DNA of 64,000 bases, taken from contig CAXXUA010000005.1 of assembly GCA_963663765.2 (NCBI GenBank), positions 288,001-352,000 of the forward strand, read 5' to 3'. The position numbers and the translations under genes are program-made. The notes beneath the pieces are model-generated. The model saw nothing but the letters and a program-made list of their open reading frames with translations. It was not told where the DNA came from and did not search any database. Positions within the stretch are counted from its first letter, which is position 1. Each line of letters begins with the position of its first letter. This DNA comes from Candidatus Poribacteria bacterium (lineage in GTDB: Bacteria; Poribacteria; WGA-4E; WGA-3G). This document shows, one piece after another, positions 19,970 through 29,851 of this stretch.

Positions 19970-20809
19970 ATGCATATTTTGTTCACAAACAGAACCAACA
20001 GCTACGCTAAAATATCACTCTATTATATCGTTTTGATTTTCTTGTCTGCGTTAGTTTTAGATGTCAACGCTGTTCCATTAAAACCAGATGCATATTGGAA
20101 TTTTGAAGACGGTACTGCAAGAGATAGCTCAAGCAGAAGGTTACATGGCACTTTAATTGGAGATCCAAATTCAGTTGATGGTCTCGCCGGGAACGCATTG
20201 AAGTTTGTCAGAGGTCAAGGTATCAAAATCCCAGATTCACGTGGGATCAATACCGGCGGTCCATTTCGCAACCGCACCGTCGGTGTCCTGTTTTACTGTG
20301 ACAATGTTACGAAAACACAGAAGCAAGTACTTTTTGAAGCGGGGGGTGCAACGAAAGGTTTGGTCTTATATGTCCATAAAAGTAGGATCTACGTTGGTGC
20401 TTGGAATATACCGCTTTTCAACTGGAACGGTTCATTCCTCGATGAAGACATTATGTCCAAAAAATGGTACTACGTAGCATTAGTCATACGCAACGGGACG
20501 AATAAAGTGGAATCCAACAAATTTGAGATGTGGATGGACGGCGAACTTGTTGGGAAAGCAAAAGGCGCATATCTTCAAGCACACGGACAGGATATAGGTA
20601 TCGCACATGTCAGTCAACATACAAAGTACCACGATGACACCGGTAAAGGACGAGATGTAGATTGGTTTGAAGGTCTCATTGATGAAATCGTTATTTATAA
20701 TAGGGCTTTAAATGCATCAAATTTATCGGTACTGATGAATCCGCTCAACGTTGAACCGCAAGGAAAATTCACGACTACCTGGGCAAATTTGAAAGCAGGT
20801 TATCGTTAA
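19970..20809 (+). CDS. Secreted LamG-like jellyroll protein with Poribacteria-type C-terminal motif
   Basis: YWNFEDG, ARDSS and FEGLIDEIVIYNRAL motifs; C-terminal VEPQGKFTTTWANLK. Confidence 0.85.
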   Translation: MHILFTNRTNSYAKISLYYIVLIFLSALVLDVNAVPLKPDAYWNFEDGTARDSSSRRLHGTLIGDPNSVDGLAGNALKFVRGQGIKIPDSRGINTGGPFRNRTVGVLFYCDNVTKTQKQVLFEAGGATKGLVLYVHKSRIYVGAWNIPLFNWNGSFLDEDIMSKKWYYVALVIRNGTNKVESNKFEMWMDGELVGKAKGAYLQAHGQDIGIAHVSQHTKYHDDTGKGRDVDWFEGLIDEIVIYNRALNASNLSVLMNPLNVEPQGKFTTTWANLKAGYR

Positions 20810-20840
20810 GTAAAAGGACGATTTCTCTTTTTCGTTGATT

Positions 20841-21249
20841 CTAAACTTCAGTACTTCCTTCGTTCTGCATTGGGTCTTCTTCAGTGAGTTCTGCATTCGG
20901 TAATTCATAGTAAAGGTGTCCGTTTATGTCGTAGACATTCGGAATACCTTTTTTTGCGGTTTTCTTCTTGTGTTTTTTGGCAGTCCGATCTTACTTCAGT
21001 GATCGCTTGTTTTATATCTGCTTGAGATTCTTCTTCATTCACTTTTGGCACTTTCTCCCAAATTCTATCCAACACAGAAAAGGCTTCTTATCGCTGTTTT
21101 ATCAACCGATCATAGATTTCAATTGGAACGATCGCAGCAAGTGGTTTGTCAGCATGTTTAACTATCAACCGATCACCGTTGTGGTACACACCATCAAGAA
21201 ATTCATTAAGTTTCCGTTGTAGATCAATTTCAGAAACTTCCTTTCTCAT
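20841..21249 (-). pseudogene. Decayed Phd/YefM-type antitoxin joined to a frameshifted remnant of a second small gene
   Basis: AGGAG RBS, then MRKEVSEIDLQRKLNEFLDGVYHNGDRLIVKHADKPLAAIVPIE...KQR*EAFSVLDRIW (internal TAA at 21088-21090), then frameshifted QEENRKK/GIPNVYDINGHLYYELPN. Confidence 0.65.
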
Positions 21250-21607
21250 TGTTATCTCCTATTTAGGTTTAATTTTTTAGTAAATCAAAAAAATAAAAAT
21301 GTGTCAAGTATTTTTTCTGACCAACGGGTGTTTATAAATTATGTACATTACATATTTTTTTATTCGTTATGTGACTGTGCTTTTTGACTTGTAATATTGC
21401 TGTATGGATTTTCATAGTTATATTATACATTAATTTCTACACAAAAACTTTACACACCCCAAATCTACCATAAACTTGAAAAATCGCAATTACCGTGTTA
21501 TAATCTTGTTAAATTCCTGCAGTAAAAACCAAAAAACGAAAATTAAATGAAGAAATAATAATTACAATACAACTAAATCAATAACATCTACGTAAGGTGA
21601 ACTTTAT

Positions 21608-22165
21608 ATGATTCCAGATGATGTTTATGTGCACAAAACAGTAAATGGCGATGTTGAGGCGTTCAACGAATTAGTTAACCGCCATCACGCCAAAATATAC
21701 GGGTTAGCATACCGAATGCTGAGCAATTCTGAAGATGCAGAAGATGCTACGCAAGAAACTTTTTTAGAGGCTTACAAATCAATAAAATCGTTTCGATTCC
21801 AATCGCAATTCGGAACTTGGTTGTACAGTATCGGATTAAATACCTGCAACCAGTACATCCGTAAAGCTAAGTCTCGCAACCGAGTGTTGGAAGCGTACAC
21901 GGAAGAAACAGCATCACGCGGCATGGTTGAAGAACGGAATGTTCCAGAACGGGTAGCGATAAAGACTGAACAGAGCCAAGTGGTTCAAGCTGCTATTGAC
22001 CGCCTACCCCCAAAACAACGTGAAGTCATAACGCTTTATTATATGCAACATCTCAAATACAAAGAGATAGCCGAAGTCCTAAACATTTCCCTCGGTACCG
22101 TTGCCTCAAGGTTAAATAAAGCAACCCAAAACCTAAAAACGAAGTTGGAAAAATACTACTTGTAA
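21608..22165 (+). CDS. ECF RNA polymerase sigma factor
   Basis: DAEDATQETFL, FGTWLYSI, LPPKQRE and EIAEVLNISLGTVASRL motifs. Confidence 0.93.
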   Translation: MIPDDVYVHKTVNGDVEAFNELVNRHHAKIYGLAYRMLSNSEDAEDATQETFLEAYKSIKSFRFQSQFGTWLYSIGLNTCNQYIRKAKSRNRVLEAYTEETASRGMVEERNVPERVAIKTEQSQVVQAAIDRLPPKQREVITLYYMQHLKYKEIAEVLNISLGTVASRLNKATQNLKTKLEKYYL

Positions 22166-22201
22166 ACAATTTTGTGTGTAACTTGAACATATTATTACCT
22201 T

Positions 22202-22909
22202 ATGAAAGCGAGGATTGTTAAAATGAATTGTGAACAGACTCGTGAGAACTTGGTCTTACATCGACAAGGTAACATGCTGACAGGAACGAAACGGCGGAAC
22301 TTTTTACAACATCTGCGCGGCTGCAAGGCATGCCAAATGGAATATGAAGGTTTATGGCATACTGCATCGTTGCTCGGAAGCCTTGAAGCACCAATACCGC
22401 CACCCGATTTGCTCGGGAAAATTCAGAACCAAATTCGGGAAGTCCATAAGCAATCTAAAACCGCCTTCTTTGCAAATCCAATCTCATGGCTTTTACAGAA
22501 GTTCAAAATCGAACTTTCCCCACAGTTTGTAAACAGTATTGCATTACTTTGCTACTTGACTACGTCTATCTTTTTAGTGAAGATAGCATTTTTTACAGAG
22601 GCACCGACAGAAAATTTCGGTTTGACAGCAACCGCATTTGAAGCGACACGTGCAAAGTATGCACGCGTTTCACCATCACCGTGGGGAACGTTAAAATATC
22701 AATACACGAAAATAGATAGTCCGATGCTGTCAAACGTTCTTAGCGAGAAAAGTATTAGTATGCCAAACCAATTCGTTGATATTGAAACATCGGGGATTTG
22801 GTATCCCCACGCGATCAATACTAACACCAAAACCATTGATGCTCACATACCAAACATTACAAACCAGAAACTTGCACTATTTTGGAGTGACATCAAAACA
22901 GATCTATAA
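22202..22909 (+). CDS. Zinc-binding (ZAS) transmembrane anti-sigma factor
   Basis: MNCE...HLRGCKAC (HxxxCxxC) followed by one TM helix; directly downstream of the ECF sigma gene. Confidence 0.8.
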   Translation: MKARIVKMNCEQTRENLVLHRQGNMLTGTKRRNFLQHLRGCKACQMEYEGLWHTASLLGSLEAPIPPPDLLGKIQNQIREVHKQSKTAFFANPISWLLQKFKIELSPQFVNSIALLCYLTTSIFLVKIAFFTEAPTENFGLTATAFEATRAKYARVSPSPWGTLKYQYTKIDSPMLSNVLSEKSISMPNQFVDIETSGIWYPHAINTNTKTIDAHIPNITNQKLALFWSDIKTDL

Positions 22910-22986
22910 GGGAGAGAATATATCTGTCATAACGTTCAAATATAGGCAATCGGAATATTCCTAATCACATCTGTTTAGTAAGAGTA

Positions 22987-23016
22987 AGAGGCACAATACG
23001 TTGTGCCTCTTTTTTT
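22987..23016 (+). terminator. Rho-independent terminator after the sigma/anti-sigma pair
   Basis: AGAGGCACAA-TACG-TTGTGCCTCT followed by a T run. Confidence 0.85.
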
Positions 23017-23150
23017 GTTAATACTACAGCAAACTCACATAAAAATACAAAAACAATTAACATAAAGTAAAAATATTTGTTGCTAAAATTCATAACATGC
23101 GTTATAATTAATTAACAATACAAAATTTTATCGTAAGGTTGTGATTTTTA

Positions 23151-23381
23151 ATGTCAATTAAACGGGAAGAATATCAGGAAAAAGTTGAGATAGCAACAGA
23201 TCAAATTGTCCGCCTCAACGGTAAACAAGATAGAAATGACCATCTTTGGTGGAGTTTGCTCTCTGAAAAAATGCTAATAATATCCCGACATGTCAACCGG
23301 AATGACCCCGATCTCCCTAAGGCACTCATCGAAGTTGCCGCATGGATAGAATTATGGGTGTGTTCAAAAGATACTTTTTAG
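23151..23381 (+). CDS. Hypothetical protein, degenerate MazG-like all-helical fold
   Basis: GKQDR..HLWWSLLSEK...LPKALIEVAAWIELW resembles the phage MazG-like pattern WGEQxH..W..IL.EE...ELIQVAA..W. Confidence 0.5.
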   Translation: MSIKREEYQEKVEIATDQIVRLNGKQDRNDHLWWSLLSEKMLIISRHVNRNDPDLPKALIEVAAWIELWVCSKDTF

Positions 23382-23394
23382 GAGCAAAGCACAC

Positions 23395-24000
23395 ATGATA
23401 CAACTTGAACAATGCCCTAAGTGCTTTCGAAAAGTCTATCCAGGCACACGGAACGGCAAAAGATACTTTTACGACTATTATGTCAACGTGAAAGGTGAAA
23501 TAGAGTCATCTAACTCCCATTTTGAGACCTGTCCCTGGGGAACGCAACGAGACCCGTTTGCCGATGGAACAACAATCATCACAGATTATGCCGATATACT
23601 TGATGAACTCCAGATGATCTGGAAACTTGATTGTACCGTGCTTGAACCGAAACAACCAATAAAATGGAACGCGGTAGACATATATTACGAACAACCGCCA
23701 ATCAAGCATCTCAATCCGATCACCTTCATGCTTACAAAACTCGGAGGTCCATACCCACGGAAAAACCGCACAGAACTTATCAAATGTTTTACCGGCACCG
23801 TCGTTAGTAAAAAAAGAACTGTTGTCGCACTCATGGCAGAAAGAGAACTGTTTGATAAAATACATGATTTTCTCTATCAATACCACAGCCGTAATTGTAA
23901 CAAGAACCCTCTCAAACAGGTAATCATCACAGGATACCGCATCCTACTGGATACGACCGTCATGTCTCAACAAAAGAAGGAATCTCATTATGCCGTCTGA
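23395..24000 (+). CDS. Hypothetical protein with N-terminal phage-type zinc finger
   Basis: CPKC...GKR...SHFETCP (CxxC..HxxxC); AGGAG RBS. Confidence 0.65.
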   Translation: MIQLEQCPKCFRKVYPGTRNGKRYFYDYYVNVKGEIESSNSHFETCPWGTQRDPFADGTTIITDYADILDELQMIWKLDCTVLEPKQPIKWNAVDIYYEQPPIKHLNPITFMLTKLGGPYPRKNRTELIKCFTGTVVSKKRTVVALMAERELFDKIHDFLYQYHSRNCNKNPLKQVIITGYRILLDTTVMSQQKKESHYAV

Positions 24001-24223
24001 TAACAACATGATTTCAGATTACCACTTCAACGAACTTCAACAGGCAAATCAACTTCTCGCCCAAAATTGGAATATCCTTGTGAAAATGCGTGCCAATGGT
24101 GGATTAGGGGATATTAGCCGTCTTATTAAAGCAGAGATGGCATATTTCCATTCGCTACAATTTGTCATAAATGCCGCTGAAAACTGTATAAATGAGGAAG
24201 AAAGAAAACGAAGAGAAACGTGA
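23990..24223 (+). CDS. Hypothetical helical protein
   Basis: AAGGA RBS; overlaps the upstream gene and ends 9 nt before dnaE. Confidence 0.6.
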   Translation: MPSDNNMISDYHFNELQQANQLLAQNWNILVKMRANGGLGDISRLIKAEMAYFHSLQFVINAAENCINEEERKRRET

Positions 24224-24232
24224 TTTGAAACT

Positions 24233-27200
24233 ATGTCTGCAGAATTTGTTCATCTACACAACCATAGCGAATATAGCATGCTTGACAGCGTATGCCGCAT
24301 TCCAGAGATGATCCAGTGGGCAGTGGAGAATAGCACACCTGCTCTCGCACTTACCGACCACGGCAACATGTTCGGCGCATGGGAATTTTATACCGAAGCA
24401 CAAAACGCAGGAGTCAATCCTATTGTCGGTTGTGAGGTATATGTCACCCCAGGTGATCGCAGAAGACACATTGAAAGCCAAGGCGAACCTTACCATTTGA
24501 CTCTCCTTGCGGAAAATGCAACAGGCTACCGAAACCTGATGAAACTTGTATCACTCGGATACACAGAAGGGTTCTACAACAAGCCGCGTATTGACATGGA
24601 AATTTTGCGTGAATACCGTGAAGGTATTATCACACTCACCGGATGTATACAAGGACAGCTGCCGCGTCTACTTGCATCAAATAGGCGTGAGGAGGGAATT
24701 CGCAATTTCAAAACACTGATTGATATAATGGGGAAACGAAACCTTTATGTTGAACTGCAAAACCACTATATTGACAAACAACTTAAGACGTATCCAATAA
24801 TGGCAAATTTAGCAAAAGAGTTGGAGATACCTATCGTCGGGACAAACAACTGCCATTATATCCATAAATCTGACCACCGACTACACAACATACTGCTCTG
24901 TATACAAACAAAAACCACCGTTAAGGACCCACACCGACCACGACTCAATAAACATCTCTATTTTAAAACCGATAACGAAATGCGCGAAGCACTTGCGAAT
25001 TATCCACCTGAAGCTATCAGTAACACCCTTGAAATCGAAAACCGGTGTCAGCTCAAGTTGGATTACGGCACGTTTGTGATGCCGAAATATGATGTCCCAG
25101 ATGGATGCACGAATGACAGCTATCTAAAGCACCTCTGCTATCAAGGGTTATACGAAAAATTGGGCGGAGAACTATCCACAGATGTTCGGAAACGACTGGA
25201 TTACGAACTGGACATTATTCGCAAGACCGGCTACGCAGGCTATTTCCTGATTGTGTGGGACTACGTCAAATACGCAAATAAACAAGGCTATCCGCTCTCT
25301 GCGCGCGGCTCCGCTGCCAGCAGTCTTGCGCTTTATGCCCTCAATGTAATTAGCTTCAATCCAATGGACTATGACTGTATGTTTGAGCGGTTTTTGAACC
25401 TTGAACGAGTCAGTCCACCCGACATTGATATTGATTTCGCAGACCGCGCACGCGACTACGTCATCAAATACCTTGTTAATAAATACGGACACGATTCTGT
25501 CGGGAAAGTCGCGACTTTTTCTACCTTAGGTCCAAAGGCTGCTATCACCGATGTCGGACGCGCACTTGAAATACCCCTGGAAAATGTCAGAAAATTGACG
25601 AAACTGATCCCAGGAACACCAAATATCACACTTGAGAGAGTATTAGAACTCATACCAGAACTAAAGGAACTCACAGACCTATCTGAATATAAGGAACTTA
25701 TTGATATTAGCAAAGCAATTGTCGGCATGAAAAGACATGTCTCCTGTCACGCTTCTGCCATCGTCGTTTCAAACGGTCCCCTCACCGATTATGTGCCACT
25801 CTTCAAAGATAAACACGGGCAAGTCGCAACACAGTTTGAAGCCACAACCGTTGAAGATGTCGGACTTCTCAAATTTGATACACTCGGATTGCGAAGTCTC
25901 ACGAAAACACACGATTGTATTGAAATGGCAAGAGAAAATCGTGGGGAAAACATAAAACTAACAGACATTCCCTTTGACAATGATGAAACCTATTCACTCG
26001 TCAGAGAAGGATTGGTTCAAGGTTTGTTTCAATTGGAAACTTCACCCGGCATGTACAGGGTCGTGAGAGAACTCAAAGCAGAAAACTTTGAGGATTTTTC
26101 CGCAATTGCCGCACTTTATCGTCCAGGACCATTGGAAAGCGGAACAACAAGACAGTTCATCGCACGAAAAAACGGATTGCAAAAAGTGGAATATGCACAC
26201 CCATCACTCAAAAACGCACTCAAAAACACTTATGGACTTTGCGTTTATCAGGAACAGGTCATGCAAATTGCACGCGATATGGCAGGTTTTTCACTCGGTG
26301 AAGCGGACATACTCAGACGCGCAATGGGAAAACGGGATGACGGTCTGCTAAGAACACAACGCCATAAATTCATAGACGGGGCAACACAAAACGGTATACC
26401 CAAAAAAGACTCTGAGAAGGTTTTCGACCTATTAGAACCCTTCGGCGGCTACGCATTCAACAAATCCCATTCTGTCGCATTCTCAATCGTCACATACCGA
26501 ATGGCATATCTAAAAACACATTATCCTTGTGAATTTATGGCTGCTATCATGACAGGAGAAGCAGACGATGCTGCTAAACTCATCGTTTACCGTGAAGAAT
26601 GCAAAAAACTGGAGAACTTTCTGGGTGTAAAAATCAACCTACTGCCACCAGATATAAACATCAGCGAAAAGTTTTTCACTGTAAAAGGAGATAATATCTG
26701 TTTCGGACTTATCGCCATCAAGCACATCGGAGATAAGGCTATACAAGCAATCGTCGAAGCACGAGAACAGGGCGGCAAATTCACATCACTACAAGATTTC
26801 TGTGAACGTGTAGACACACGCAAAGCTAACAAACGTACAATAGAGAGCCTTATTCTGTGCGGAGCGTTTGACTCACTCCAAGAACATAGAGCAATGCTAA
26901 TCACTAACTTACATAAAATCTTGAAAGCCGCAAAAATTGAAAGAGCAAGACGTGAACGCGGACAATTATATCTCTTCCCAGACGCAGGCAAGATACCCCT
27001 CACACAAACACCAGAATACCCACCGTCCACACGCTATCAGATGGAAAAACAACTACTCGGGTTTTATGTCTCTGGACATCCACTACAAGAATATAGAGAT
27101 ATTCTCGAAAACTACACAAACGCAGACTCCGAAACACTTAATAAACTTCCTAATGAAACTGAAGTCTCTATCGTAGGGATAATCACGCACGTAAAAAAAC

Positions 27201-27682
27201 GAATCACACCCAAAGGCAATGTTATGGCACTCCTGTCAGCAGAAGACCAAAAAAAGTCTATGAAAATTGCTGTTTTACCAGATTTATATAAGAAAACAGG
27301 AGAACTCCGTAGTGGAAACATTGTATGGATCAACGGAATAATCAAAAACAAAACAACAGGATTAGAACATCCACTCATACAGGCAGTTGACATCATAGAT
27401 ATAGATGCCGTCCCTGATATACTCACATCTGCCGCTGAAGTGACAATAAAAGAACCCGATCTCAGCAACCCTGACAAACTGAAAACGCTAAAAGAAATTG
27501 CACTTGCCAACAGAGGCGAACTACATCTAATCTTACGCTTGAAAAGTCCACGTTACGGAGAAGTCATTGTACAATGCGGCGCCAACTATAAAATAGCCGA
27601 TAAGGATTCCGTTTTCAAACAGGTAGAATGGTTGTTCGGTGTTAACTGCATCAAAAGAAGCAACCGCACAAAAATAGCATAA
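24233..27682 (+). CDS. dnaE: DNA polymerase III alpha subunit (DnaE) with altered PHP domain
   Basis: HLHNHSEYS, RGSAASS, PDIDIDF, KFDTLGL, YQEQVM and YAFNKSH motifs; clamp motif QLYLF; OB fold. Confidence 0.96.
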   Translation: MSAEFVHLHNHSEYSMLDSVCRIPEMIQWAVENSTPALALTDHGNMFGAWEFYTEAQNAGVNPIVGCEVYVTPGDRRRHIESQGEPYHLTLLAENATGYRNLMKLVSLGYTEGFYNKPRIDMEILREYREGIITLTGCIQGQLPRLLASNRREEGIRNFKTLIDIMGKRNLYVELQNHYIDKQLKTYPIMANLAKELEIPIVGTNNCHYIHKSDHRLHNILLCIQTKTTVKDPHRPRLNKHLYFKTDNEMREALANYPPEAISNTLEIENRCQLKLDYGTFVMPKYDVPDGCTNDSYLKHLCYQGLYEKLGGELSTDVRKRLDYELDIIRKTGYAGYFLIVWDYVKYANKQGYPLSARGSAASSLALYALNVISFNPMDYDCMFERFLNLERVSPPDIDIDFADRARDYVIKYLVNKYGHDSVGKVATFSTLGPKAAITDVGRALEIPLENVRKLTKLIPGTPNITLERVLELIPELKELTDLSEYKELIDISKAIVGMKRHVSCHASAIVVSNGPLTDYVPLFKDKHGQVATQFEATTVEDVGLLKFDTLGLRSLTKTHDCIEMARENRGENIKLTDIPFDNDETYSLVREGLVQGLFQLETSPGMYRVVRELKAENFEDFSAIAALYRPGPLESGTTRQFIARKNGLQKVEYAHPSLKNALKNTYGLCVYQEQVMQIARDMAGFSLGEADILRRAMGKRDDGLLRTQRHKFIDGATQNGIPKKDSEKVFDLLEPFGGYAFNKSHSVAFSIVTYRMAYLKTHYPCEFMAAIMTGEADDAAKLIVYREECKKLENFLGVKINLLPPDINISEKFFTVKGDNICFGLIAIKHIGDKAIQAIVEAREQGGKFTSLQDFCERVDTRKANKRTIESLILCGAFDSLQEHRAMLITNLHKILKAAKIERARRERGQLYLFPDAGKIPLTQTPEYPPSTRYQMEKQLLGFYVSGHPLQEYRDILENYTNADSETLNKLPNETEVSIVGIITHVKKRITPKGNVMALLSAEDQKKSMKIAVLPDLYKKTGELRSGNIVWINGIIKNKTTGLEHPLIQAVDIIDIDAVPDILTSAAEVTIKEPDLSNPDKLKTLKEIALANRGELHLILRLKSPRYGEVIVQCGANYKIADKDSVFKQVEWLFGVNCIKRSNRTKIA

Positions 27683-27995
27683 ATAGTTTTTCCAATCGGC
27701 ATAAAAATAGGTCTAAAATCAACCCAAATGTTTCAAACTAAAAATAAAAATACAAAATGTTACACTTCACAGAATTATTCTTATTTTCAACAAATAATGC
27801 CTGTAAACCCATACTATGACTGCGTTACATGCCAATTTTTAAATGCTACCAAAAAAATGAATAAAGTGTCCATTTGGTAACATTTAAAAGACGAATCACC
27901 GAATAGAGACACAACAATAAACAAATGAAAAAATACATATAGAGTAACATAAAAAACGACCAAAAAATTGTAATTCACAATAACTTGAAATACTC

Positions 27996-28675
27996 GGGTG
28001 TGTAAAGTTTTGGTTACTGGACGTAGGGGCCGGGTCTCCCCGCCCGAACAGAAGTTTTACGCGGGCGAGGAAACCTCGCCCCTACGATGTCCACAGTTCC
28101 CTAACGTCAAGTAAGCTTTAATAGAAACTGGACGGACTTCTTTTAATATCAGGGTTTCTACAAACACTTTACACACCCAATCGATTCGGGAGTGTAAAGT
28201 GTTTGCACAGAGGTACTAACTTTTGTTCTCTTTAGTCCCGTAGGGACGCAATGTTTATAGAAAGACGTTATCACATCCCCTCTCTTTAGTTCCGTAGGAA
28301 CGACATAGAAGGATAAACATATCGTCCCTACGGGACTGAAGAATATGGTTAATATTAACAATATTTCTTTATATTGACACCTAATGAAGTTTGACAATCA
28401 AAATCGGTAGTTGAATTCGTAGGGGTTGGGTTCCCCAACCCATTTGGTTTTTGAGTTTGCGTAGATCATGTGTGGAAACCACGCCCCTACGAATACACAA
28501 CTTGAACGTCAAAACTCATTAGGACTCTGTGTCCGCAATCTCCCATTTAATCAGTTGCGGCGGGGCACAGAGACCCGGGGAATGCCTAAATGGCATTCAT
28601 ACCGTTGATTTCTTGATTTCTTGATTTCGCCCTACAATGGAGAGTGGGATGTTTATGCAAAAACTTTACACACCC
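27996..28675. repeat. Nested MITE/REP (GTAG-family) cluster
   Basis: GGGTGTGTAAAGT inverted-repeat pairs (27996-28178 and 28188-28675) enclosing GTAGGGG...CCCCTAC doublets and CCGTAGG hairpins. Confidence 0.75.
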
Positions 28676-28781
28676 AAATACTCTAATCTTCTTGCAGTAA
28701 TTGCGCTCTTTTGTTAGAATGGAAGCAGAAACAAGAGATATTTCATTGAAACATGCATTTTTGCTTTATAGGAGATTATTT

Positions 28782-29750
28782 ATGGCTAACAATCTACGTT
28801 TTGGCGTTGTTGGATTAGGTATGGGCATGAATCGTTCTAACATGATTCACAGCACAGATGGGGCGGAACTCGTCGCTGTCGCAGACCTAAAGGAAGACAG
28901 ACGCAAAGCTGCCGAAGAAAAATTCGGATGTGAAAGCCACGAAGACGCACTGGAAATGTTCGACCGGGACGATATTGATGTCGCAATGATGATGACACCC
29001 AGTGGCTTACACGGAAAGTTCGGAGAAGAAGCAGCACGTCGAGGAAAACACGTCATTACAACAAAACCGATGGATGTGAGTGTGGAAAACTGTGATTCAC
29101 TCATTAAGACCTGTGAAGACAATAACGTCAAACTACTCGTGGATTTCGGAGAGAGATACGGTAAACACAACAGGCGGATAAAGGCTGCAATTGATCAAGG
29201 CACAATCGGAAAACCAATTCTGTGTGATCTACGAATGAAATGGAAACGTTATGATAGTTATTATGTAGGTTGGCACGGAACATGGGAATTTGATGGCGGT
29301 GGATCCATCATGAATCAAGGTGTACACTATATAGACCTGATGTTGTGGTTTATGGGACCTGTCAAACGCGTCATCGGCGCACATTTTGATGTATATGACC
29401 ACGAAAACTGTGAGACCGAAGATATGACCTCCGCAATCTTGGAATTTGAAAGTGGTGCACTCGGACACGTACTAACTACCACAACCTATCCCGGTGGAAA
29501 TGTGTCTATGATTCACATCCACGGTCAAGATGGAATCGTTGGGCTTGGACCTGAAATATGGCAATTCCCAGATGGAAAAGAACCCAACATTGAACTGCCT
29601 CCTTATCCCGGAAATGTTATTCAAGATATATTACGAGTTGTCAATGACGGTGCTGAACCAGCAGTGGACGGATATGAGGGAAGACGGTCCGTTGAACTCA
29701 ACATGGCAATTTATGAATGTTCCAGAACAGGTAAATCTGTAACGTTATAG
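28782..29750 (+). CDS. Gfo/Idh/MocA-family oxidoreductase
   Basis: FGVVGLGMG, HVITTKP and GGGSIMNQGVHYID motifs; AGGAG RBS before ATG at 28782. Confidence 0.9.
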   Translation: MANNLRFGVVGLGMGMNRSNMIHSTDGAELVAVADLKEDRRKAAEEKFGCESHEDALEMFDRDDIDVAMMMTPSGLHGKFGEEAARRGKHVITTKPMDVSVENCDSLIKTCEDNNVKLLVDFGERYGKHNRRIKAAIDQGTIGKPILCDLRMKWKRYDSYYVGWHGTWEFDGGGSIMNQGVHYIDLMLWFMGPVKRVIGAHFDVYDHENCETEDMTSAILEFESGALGHVLTTTTYPGGNVSMIHIHGQDGIVGLGPEIWQFPDGKEPNIELPPYPGNVIQDILRVVNDGAEPAVDGYEGRRSVELNMAIYECSRTGKSVTL

Positions 29751-29851
29751 GTCTCTATATTAGTTCTGTAAGTGTGTGATTCTGCTGACAGAAGTGTAAA
29801 TGGAAAGACGATTTAGTATTCCGCACTTACAGAACAACGATCAAACGTATA

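Noticed and set aside
20968-21222. 84-aa plus-strand ORF
   Set aside because: It is antisense to the Phd/YefM-like pseudogene, which has the RBS and recognisable motifs.
21608-22909. ECF sigma/anti-sigma as part of the dnaE cassette transcript
   Set aside because: A strong intrinsic terminator at 22987-23016 separates them, and nothing in the sequence shows a regulatory link.
24233-27682. Intein in DnaE, or a classical imuA-imuB-dnaE2 cassette
   Set aside because: Length is normal with no intein motifs seen; the upstream genes show no RecA-like or Y-family polymerase features.
27996-28675. Possible CRISPR array in the repeat-rich spacer
   Set aside because: The repeats are heterogeneous hairpins and inverted pairs without constant repeat/spacer periodicity, and no cas genes are present.
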